NCBI GenBank assembly: GCA_964522405.1 | Contig: CAZFTR010000001.1 | Span: forward strand, 116,686-180,685 | DNA length: 64,000 nucleotides | Source of the DNA: an uncultured Gammaproteobacteria bacterium | GTDB taxonomy: Bacteria > Patescibacteriota > Patescibacteriia > Magasanikbacterales > UBA922 | Reading direction: 5' to 3' | Shown here: positions 57,533 to 64,000 of the stretch, piece by piece | Layout: each line of letters begins with the position of its first letter | How positions within the stretch are numbered: position 1 is the first letter of the stretch | Notes under the pieces: generated by a model | Told to the model about the DNA's origin: nothing | Databases searched by the model: none | What the model saw: only the letters and a program-made list of their open reading frames with translations | Position numbers and translations under genes: made by a program

Positions 57533-59023
57533 TTATTTCTTGTTAGGCAATACAGATTTGAGCCAGCGAGTTAGAGCTTTCTTTTCTTCTTGTTTGAGCT
57601 CTGTACGAATATGGTATCTGGCTGTGTGAGTTTTTACAAAGTTTAACCAATCTTGGCTTGGACCTTTTCTATTCTTGTCAGTATTTATATCCACCACATC
57701 TCCGTTTTTGAGTTCTGTATTTAGTGGTACCATTTTATCATTTACTATGGCGCCGGTGCATTTGTTGCCAATTTCTGTATGTATATGATAGGCAAAATCA
57801 ATTGGTGAAGCTCCTTCAGGTAGATCTATAACATCGCCTTTTGGAGTAAATACAAATATTCTGGTTTGGAGGAAATCAACTTTCATTTCTTCTAAATCTG
57901 AAAGTCTGTTTAAAATATCTTTTTGAATTTCAGCTAGCTCTTGTGCCCATTTTACTTCGCGTTTTGGTAAGCGAGAACCATGTTCATCATAATGCCAGTG
58001 TGCTGCAACACCGTACTCAGCTTCTTCATGCATCTCTACAGTTCTAATTTGAAATTCGATAATTTCCCCATCTTCTCCAAAAATAGTGGTATGTAGAGAT
58101 TGATAGCCATTTGGTTTTGGTTGAGAAATATAATCTTTGATTCGTCCTTTTACCGGTTTCCAGATATTGTGAAGTATTCCAAGTGTGGCATAACAATCAG
58201 CAATAGAGCTTACAATAATTCGAATGGCTACCATGTCATAAATTTTAGCAAGTTGGTTATCTTTTCTCAGGAGTTTTTGATATAGACTATAAAGACGTTT
58301 ATTTCTGCCATAAATTGAAACCGGTTTTAGTTTTGATTTGGTTAATTCTTTTTTAGCTTTTTCAATTGTCTTTTTAAAATATTCTTCTTTTCCTTTTAGT
58401 TTGTCATCTCTGATTTTCTTCACTCGTCTAAATTCTTTGGGATAAACATATTGAAAAGAAAGATCTTCAAGTTCTCCTTTCATCTCGTCCATGCCAAGTC
58501 GGTTGGCAATCGGCGCGTAAATCTCCAGGCTTTCAAGGGCAATTCTATATCTTTTTTGAGGAGGTAGTGCTGAGAGTGTTCGTAGATTGTGAATTCTGTC
58601 AGCAAATTTAATAATCATTACCCGGACATCCTCTGCCATGGCTAAAAACATTTTTCGCAGATTTTCTATGTATCTTTCAACGCCACGATATTTCAGTTTT
58701 CCAAGTTTGGTAATTCCTTCCACCATTGAAGCAATTTCATTCCCAAAATTTTTCTCTAGTTCTTCTAAAGTCACTTCTGTATCTTCTGGTACATCATGAA
58801 GAAGGGTGGCGCAGATAATCACAGGATCAATTTTTTGATTTGCCAGATAATGAGCAGCTTCCAGTGGATGAATTATATAGGGTTCGCCTGATTTTCTGGT
58901 TTGTCCTTTGTGTGCTTCTTTGGCAAAATCATAAGAAATGCGCACTAAGTCAGTATCAGCTTTGGGATGATATTTTTTGATTTTTTCTATAAGTCCGTCA
59001 ATTGTCAGTTTCTTTTTTGCCAT
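57533..59023 (-). CDS. Short bifunctional RelA/SpoT-homolog (HD hydrolase plus (p)ppGpp synthetase, 496 aa)
   Basis: HD motif HPLEAAHYLA...LLHDVPEDT; synthetase motifs DMVAIRIIV, YISQPKPNGYQSLHTTIFG, EFQIRTVEMHEEAEYGVAAHWHYDE. Too short to carry the full TGS/ACT regulatory tail. Confidence 0.8.
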   Translation of the reverse strand: MAKKKLTIDGLIEKIKKYHPKADTDLVRISYDFAKEAHKGQTRKSGEPYIIHPLEAAHYLANQKIDPVIICATLLHDVPEDTEVTLEELEKNFGNEIASMVEGITKLGKLKYRGVERYIENLRKMFLAMAEDVRVMIIKFADRIHNLRTLSALPPQKRYRIALESLEIYAPIANRLGMDEMKGELEDLSFQYVYPKEFRRVKKIRDDKLKGKEEYFKKTIEKAKKELTKSKLKPVSIYGRNKRLYSLYQKLLRKDNQLAKIYDMVAIRIIVSSIADCYATLGILHNIWKPVKGRIKDYISQPKPNGYQSLHTTIFGEDGEIIEFQIRTVEMHEEAEYGVAAHWHYDEHGSRLPKREVKWAQELAEIQKDILNRLSDLEEMKVDFLQTRIFVFTPKGDVIDLPEGASPIDFAYHIHTEIGNKCTGAIVNDKMVPLNTELKNGDVVDINTDKNRKGPSQDWLNFVKTHTARYHIRTELKQEEKKALTRWLKSVLPNKK

Positions 59024-59088
59024 ATCTTTTTAGGGTAACATGTTTTTTTATACTTGACAAATGAGCTTTCTTATGCTACTATAGGGTC

Positions 59089-59160
59089 GGTGATATAAAG
59101 GCAGGACCTATATGTCCTGAGATAACCTCAGCCAACTTGGCTGGGGTTTTCTTATTTTAT
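59089..59160 (+). ncRNA. Candidate small RNA 1 (promoter TTGACA-17-TACTAT; internal hairpin GGACCTATATGTCC; terminator CAGCCAACTTGGCTG + T-run)
   Basis: The promoter, about 70-nt body and intrinsic terminator were all read directly. No ORF. Confidence 0.35.
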
Positions 59161-59237
59161 GCTAAAATTAGCATTTTTTTAGTTTTTTGAAGTAGATATC
59201 AAATAGACAAAAGAAATTTCTATGTTATAATGCCTGC

Positions 59238-59328
59238 GTGGCGGGTGAGGGGCCTTTGTATCACCTTAGGCATTGAGGTTACCCTCCTTGCCACATAAAA
59301 AAACCCAATTTTGTTGGGTTTTTTATTT
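59238..59328 (+). ncRNA. Candidate small RNA 2 (extended -10 TGTTATAAT; body GCCTGCGTGGCGGGTGAGGGG...CCCTCCTTGCCAC; terminator shared with topA)
   Basis: TAGACA-16-TGTTATAAT promoter-like site. The GC-rich body pairs with itself (GTGGCGGGTGAGGGG with CCCTCCTTGCCAC). It is followed by AAACCCAATTTTGTTGGGTTTTTT. Confidence 0.3.
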
Positions 59329-61633
59329 ATTTGGGATCTTCTTCTTTTTCTGTCTTTTTTGTAAATTTTCTCCGTCCTTTTGGTTTGGCATCTTTGAGTA
59401 TCTCTTCACATTCTTCCAGGGTTAGTTTTTTGGGATTTGCCTCTTTGGGGATTTTTCCATTTTTTTCACCATCTGTCACATATGGTCCATATCTTCCATT
59501 GAGAACTTGAATTCCTTTTTCCGGGAAATCTTGAATGATTTTTTCTGCTTCTGCTTTTTTCTTAGCTGTTATTACTTCCAGAGCTCTTTCAAGTGTAATT
59601 GTGTAGGGATCATCATCTTTTGTGGAATAAAATTTTGATTTTACTTTGACATAAGGACCAAAACGACCAATATTGGCAATTATATCTTCTCCTTCTTGAT
59701 CTTGTCCAAGTGTCCTTGGTAAGGAAAGGAGATGAAGTGCATCTTCAAGAGTTAAGCTGTCAATTGTTTGTCCTTTTTGTAATGATGCAAATCTGGGTTT
59801 TTCTTCGTCGTCTTTGGTTCCCAACTGAACAAATGGACCGTATCTTCCAATACGTGCTGAAATAGGTTTTTTTGTTTTCGGGTCAATTCCAATTTCTCTG
59901 CTATGAAGTACATCTTCTTTTTTTATATTTTCTTCTGCTTTTTCAATTGTGCTGTGAAATGGCTTGTAGAATTCTGAAATAATCGGTTGCCATTCTTTTT
60001 CACCTTCAGCAATATGGTCTAGATCCTGTTCCATCTTTGCTGTGAATTCATAATTAAGAATGTCTCCAAAATGTTTAACCAGAAGATCGTTTACCACCAT
60101 AGCTATATCTAATGGCTTTAAGCGTTTATTGTCATCACGTTCTACATATTTTCTAGCTTCTATGGTTGCTATTGTCGGTGCATAAGTAGAAGGTCTACCA
60201 ATTCCATGCTCTTCCAAAACTTTTACTAGGGTAGCGTCAGAATAGCGGGCAGGGGGTTGGGTAAAATGTTGTTCCGGTTTTAGTTCAGTACAATCCAGCT
60301 GATCTTCTTTTTTTATTTCCGGCAACATTTCTTCTTTTACTGACTCAGGATAAAGTTTTAACCAACCATCAAAAAGCATAGATTGTCCATTTGCGCGGAA
60401 CATATACTTTTTTGATTTGATATCTATATTGGTTTTGTTAAGTCTTGCTTCTGCCATTTGAGTAGCCATGGCTCGTTTCCAAATTAGACTGTATAGTTTG
60501 AATTGATAAGGGTCAAGAAAAGCTTCAATTGATTCAGGTGTTAGATCTGCATGAGTTGGACGGATAGCTTCGTGAGCTTCTTGTGCTCCTTTAGATTTTG
60601 ATTTGTAAACCCTTGGCTTTGTAAGTGTATATTTATCTCCATATTCAGATTTTACAAATTGATTACTTTCCTTTAGAAACTTATCTGAGAGATTTGTAGA
60701 GTCAGTTCTCATATAAGTTATAAGACCAACTTGTCCGCGGGTGCCAAGTTTTATTCCTTCATAGAGTTGTTGGGCAACTCGCATGGTCTGTTTGGAGGAA
60801 TAACCAAATTTTTGATTGGATTGCTGCTGCAGTGTGGAAGTTCGGTAAGGTGGGGGAGGAGTACGTTTGGTTTCTTTTTGTTCGATACTGTCTACTGTAT
60901 ATTTTGCTCCATCAAGATCTTTTAAAATTTGATCAACTTGTTCTTTGTTTTCCAGATCAAGTTTTTTTAGTTTTTTGTCATCAATACTGTGCAGCTTGGC
61001 AGGAAAAATATGATCTATATTTTTTTCTTTGAACATGCCCTCTAGGCTCCAGTATTCGTCTGAAACAAATGCTTCGATTTCTCTTTCTCGTTCTACGATG
61101 AGTCTAACTGCTACTGATTGGACTCGGCCGGCAGAAAGACCTCTGGCAACTTTTTTCCAAAGAAGAGGAGAAAGCTCGTATCCAACCAATCTATCAAGTA
61201 TTCGTCTGGCTTGCTGTGCATCTACAAGTTTCTGATCAATATGTCTCGGTTCTTGAAGAGCTTGCTCAATTGCATGTTTGGTAATTTCATGAAAAACTAT
61301 ACGTTTGCTTGATTTTGGTTTAACTCCTAGAATTTCAGCAAGATGCCAACTAATGGCTTCTCCTTCTCGGTCTTCATCTGTGGCAAATATAATTTTGTCA
61401 CATTTTTTGGCTACTTCTTTTAGTGTTTTAACTTGTTTTGATTTATCTTTTGGAACTCTATAAGTTGGTTCAAAAGTCCCACCTTCTATATCTATGCCCA
61501 TTTTACTTTTGGGAAGGTCTCGAAGATGACCAAAAGAGGACTCTACTTTGTAGTCCTTGCCAAGAAATTTACTAATTGTTTTTGCTTTTGTTGGTGACTC
61601 AACAATTACAAGAGTTTTACTCATATGGCGCAC
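59327..61633 (-). CDS. topA: DNA topoisomerase I
   Basis: N-terminal TOPRIM (LVIVESPTKAKTISKFLG), active-site region, C-terminal topo-I repeats with a Lys-rich tail. Confidence 0.9.
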   Translation of the reverse strand: MRHMSKTLVIVESPTKAKTISKFLGKDYKVESSFGHLRDLPKSKMGIDIEGGTFEPTYRVPKDKSKQVKTLKEVAKKCDKIIFATDEDREGEAISWHLAEILGVKPKSSKRIVFHEITKHAIEQALQEPRHIDQKLVDAQQARRILDRLVGYELSPLLWKKVARGLSAGRVQSVAVRLIVEREREIEAFVSDEYWSLEGMFKEKNIDHIFPAKLHSIDDKKLKKLDLENKEQVDQILKDLDGAKYTVDSIEQKETKRTPPPPYRTSTLQQQSNQKFGYSSKQTMRVAQQLYEGIKLGTRGQVGLITYMRTDSTNLSDKFLKESNQFVKSEYGDKYTLTKPRVYKSKSKGAQEAHEAIRPTHADLTPESIEAFLDPYQFKLYSLIWKRAMATQMAEARLNKTNIDIKSKKYMFRANGQSMLFDGWLKLYPESVKEEMLPEIKKEDQLDCTELKPEQHFTQPPARYSDATLVKVLEEHGIGRPSTYAPTIATIEARKYVERDDNKRLKPLDIAMVVNDLLVKHFGDILNYEFTAKMEQDLDHIAEGEKEWQPIISEFYKPFHSTIEKAEENIKKEDVLHSREIGIDPKTKKPISARIGRYGPFVQLGTKDDEEKPRFASLQKGQTIDSLTLEDALHLLSLPRTLGQDQEGEDIIANIGRFGPYVKVKSKFYSTKDDDPYTITLERALEVITAKKKAEAEKIIQDFPEKGIQVLNGRYGPYVTDGEKNGKIPKEANPKKLTLEECEEILKDAKPKGRRKFTKKTEKEEDPK

Positions 61634-61745
61634 AGCATAATTGAAATTGAGAAAATTGTCAAATATCAGGCGAAAAATTTTATTTCTTATTCAATATTTT
61701 CAATACATTATTCTTTCATTTTATCGGCTGCTCCAACACCAAATC

Positions 61746-62051
61746 CTACTTCAATTCCTGTTTTTTGTCTCTGGCAGTTCCGCTTATTTGTCTTTTGTAT
61801 AAGCCTGTACCATGATCTGCGATTGTGTATACATTCTCTGAATATAGGCTTGTTTCAAGATCATGCTCAGAAAATGCCTGTGTTAGTGCTTCTACAAAAG
61901 CTCTATTGCCAGGTAGAAAATTACCTGCTGCGTCATCTTCGGCATAGTCATCTCCCAGTGTTTGAGATGCTTCTAAAAAAGCTGTTTGTACTCTGTCATG
62001 AACTTCAGCCTCTACTTTATTTATTTCTGCTGCGTGATGTTTGAATGTCAT
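61746..62051 (-). CDS. Small acidic hypothetical protein
   Basis: 101-aa ORF between folC and topA, co-directional with both; no recognisable motif. Confidence 0.35.
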   Translation of the reverse strand: MTFKHHAAEINKVEAEVHDRVQTAFLEASQTLGDDYAEDDAAGNFLPGNRAFVEALTQAFSEHDLETSLYSENVYTIADHGTGLYKRQISGTARDKKQELK

Positions 62052-62081
62052 ATTTTTAATTTAATTATAATAAATATTGAT

Positions 62082-63368
62082 TTAAATTTTTCTTAATTCT
62101 CCACTAAGAAAAATTGAGCCTGTGGTTAGTACTGTACTTTTGATTTGTGCTTGAGATCTGCTCCAAATCAATGCGTCTTTTGGGTCTGAAAAAACTCTGG
62201 TTTTGATTTTGGGAAGTTGTTTTTTGAATAGTTTTGCGATTTCATATGGATGGGCAACTTTTCGAAATTGATTTACTGTGTTTCGAGTACAAGCAATAGA
62301 TTTTAGATCTAATCTGGAGAGTAATTTAATCATCTGAGAAATATCTTTGTTTTGGCAAAATCCTATAATCAGATGTATATTTTTTACGCCATCCATTGCT
62401 TCAACTGTTGTTTTCATTTTATCAAAATTATGTGCACTGTCTAGAATGATATCTGGTTTCTTGGATACAAGTTCCATGCTCGCCACTTGTTTTGCAGTTC
62501 TAAGTCCTGAAAGTAGGGAAGCTTCGTTGATTTTCAGATGTTTAGCAATGTCTATGGCTAAGATGGCGTTTGCTATTTGGTGTTGTCCAATACTTGAGAT
62601 TTTGCAATATAGGCTTTGGTAAATAAATTCTGATCCATTTTTGTCATAATTTATCAATTCAAATTTTGGTTTGGATATAAACAGTGAGTTGGGTTTGCTG
62701 GCTTTTTTGATTACTTCCAAAATTTTCTTATCCTTTTCTTGGGTAAAAACAGCACATCCTTTTTTGATTATTCCGGATTTTTTGTCTGCTATTTCTGCTT
62801 TTGTGTTTCCCAGTATGTGGGTGTGATCAAGTCCTACATTGGTGATGACTGCGATGTCTTTTTGGGGAATTATATTTGTTGAGTCGTAGCGCCCACCGCA
62901 GCCGGCTTCTAGAATTACCCATTTTACTTTTTGTTTGGCAAACCAATAGAGCGCTATTGCAGTGGTCATATCAAAAAAAGATGGTGGGCCATATGGTGAA
63001 GTTTCCAGATATTTATCCAATGCTTTTTTGAAAGTAGAAATAATTTCAGAGAATTCTTTTTTGGTCATTTGCTTCTTGCCAATCTTCCAGCGTTCTGTAA
63101 TTTCTGTAGGATGTGGTGAAATATATGACCCTGTCTTCAGTCCACTTGAGTCCAGAATAGAATGAAGAAAATTTGCCAATGATCCTTTTCCGCTAGTTCC
63201 TGCTATATGAATATAATGTGGAATTTTCTTTTCCGGATTTCCAATTAAATCTAAAAAAAACTGCATCCTCTTCAGATAATTCTTACAATCTCTTGGGTCT
63301 TTCATGTATTCTTTACGTGGTAGATTGGAGAGAGAATACAAAAATTGTTCAGCTTCTTGAAAATTCAT
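62082..63368 (-). CDS. folC: Folylpolyglutamate synthase / dihydrofolate synthase (Mur ligase family)
   Basis: FLDLIGNPEKKIPHYIHIAGTSGKGS P-loop characteristic of FolC; 428 aa. Confidence 0.75.
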   Translation of the reverse strand: MNFQEAEQFLYSLSNLPRKEYMKDPRDCKNYLKRMQFFLDLIGNPEKKIPHYIHIAGTSGKGSLANFLHSILDSSGLKTGSYISPHPTEITERWKIGKKQMTKKEFSEIISTFKKALDKYLETSPYGPPSFFDMTTAIALYWFAKQKVKWVILEAGCGGRYDSTNIIPQKDIAVITNVGLDHTHILGNTKAEIADKKSGIIKKGCAVFTQEKDKKILEVIKKASKPNSLFISKPKFELINYDKNGSEFIYQSLYCKISSIGQHQIANAILAIDIAKHLKINEASLLSGLRTAKQVASMELVSKKPDIILDSAHNFDKMKTTVEAMDGVKNIHLIIGFCQNKDISQMIKLLSRLDLKSIACTRNTVNQFRKVAHPYEIAKLFKKQLPKIKTRVFSDPKDALIWSRSQAQIKSTVLTTGSIFLSGELRKI

Positions 63369-63418
63369 AATTCAAAATCTCCCCGGCTTGTTTTATGTAA
63401 GCCGGGGAATTAAATAAT

Positions 63419-64000
63419 TTAGTTTAATTGTGGAATTGGATCTCCATCCTCATCTTTGCCGGGTTTTTTCAACCATTTAACTAGAGCATAGACAAATGGC
63501 GTATCAATTACTGCAAAAGTTATCTTGAATAACCAGTAGCTCAGACATAGCTGAAGTATAAACGCAACTGTGAATTTGGGACTGACTCCATAAAAAGCAA
63601 TAAACATAAAGAGAAGTGTATCTATGGCCTGACTCCCAAAAGTTGATAGGTTGTTTCTAAGCCAGAGGTATCTTCCTTTGGTTTTTCTTTTCCAGAATTC
63701 GAATGCCCAAATATCATGTAGCTGACTGATAATAAAGGCAATCAAACTGGCGATAATCATGCGCAGACTTCCGCTAAATACTTTTACATATTCTTCGTTC
63801 AGGTGATATCGATCAGCTGCCGGAAGTTTGATTGAAATGTAAACTAGAAATAAAACCAGAACTTGAGCAATCAGTGCTGAGTATACGACTTGTTTGGTTT
63901 TTTTCTTACCATAGACTTCTGAAATGGCATCTGTAATCAGAAAGGTGAGGGGATAGGCAAATATTCCAACTGAAACTGCAATTCCGAATAGTACTGTAAT
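63419..64000 (-). CDS. YhhQ/DUF165 (VUT-family, queuosine-precursor transporter-like) membrane protein, 5' end beyond the window
   Basis: The ORF is open to the window edge in frame (…PLTFLITDAISEVYGKKK…WLRNNLSTFGSQAIDTLLF…), which matches the YhhQ family. Confidence 0.55.
   Translation of the reverse strand: MTVLFGIAVSVGIFAYPLTFLITDAISEVYGKKKTKQVVYSALIAQVLVLFLVYISIKLPAADRYHLNEEYVKVFSGSLRMIIASLIAFIISQLHDIWAFEFWKRKTKGRYLWLRNNLSTFGSQAIDTLLFMFIAFYGVSPKFTVAFILQLCLSYWLFKITFAVIDTPFVYALVKWLKKPGKDEDGDPIPQLN

Noticed and set aside
61625-62044. 139-aa plus-strand ORF antisense to the small minus-strand gene upstream of topA
   Set aside because: Its hydrophobic low-complexity translation overlaps the better-supported minus-strand ORF 61746..62051 and the topA upstream region. 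It is most likely a spurious antisense frame.
1-64000. CRISPR arrays, Cas genes, restriction-modification or toxin-antitoxin modules
   Set aside because: No regularly spaced short direct repeats and no recognisable Cas, REase, MTase or toxin motifs were found on either strand.

Overview
The window is a low-GC (by eye roughly one-third GC) bacterial segment with compact, mostly co-directional genes. Its gene content looks like a reduced-genome CPR/Patescibacteria-like organism. That content includes tyrS, argS, aspS, rnc-nusB-rpmF, tsaC, rsmA, scpAB, parAB, topA, a short Rel/SpoT homolog, folC, RNase P RNA, four tRNAs, glycosyltransferase clusters, and several very large surface proteins (one of 3134 aa).

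Three short high-GC islands are embedded in this background.
- Island 1 is at about 40-300.
- Island 2 is at about 12050-13340, directly downstream of a tRNA-Leu.
- Island 3 is a roughly 1.9 kb tandem duplication at 42625-44545.

Each island lies on the minus strand behind a sigma70-like promoter that sits in native AT-rich DNA. Islands 2 and 3 encode secreted or lipoprotein payloads with GC-rich codon usage and long GC-rich structured untranslated segments. Island 3 is two diverged paralogous lipoprotein genes whose 5' leader and 3' structured element are nearly identical between copies. I consider this recurring 'AT-rich promoter / GC-rich secreted payload / structured GC-rich 3' element' unit the most unusual and probably undescribed feature here.

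A second candidate system lies at 3357-8931. It is a five-gene enzyme module (nitroreductase-fold protein, Leu/Phe-dehydrogenase homolog, PaaK/F390-synthetase-like adenylating enzyme, ThiF/E1-like protein, alpha/beta hydrolase) wedged between tRNA synthetase genes and an orphan histidine kinase.

Other items worth a look are a recurring family of intergenic inverted repeats built from AACTAACAATTAACAA-like words, a structured GC-rich candidate ncRNA upstream of a metallophosphoesterase gene, two small promoter-plus-terminator units that look like sRNAs, and a frameshifted small membrane-protein gene.
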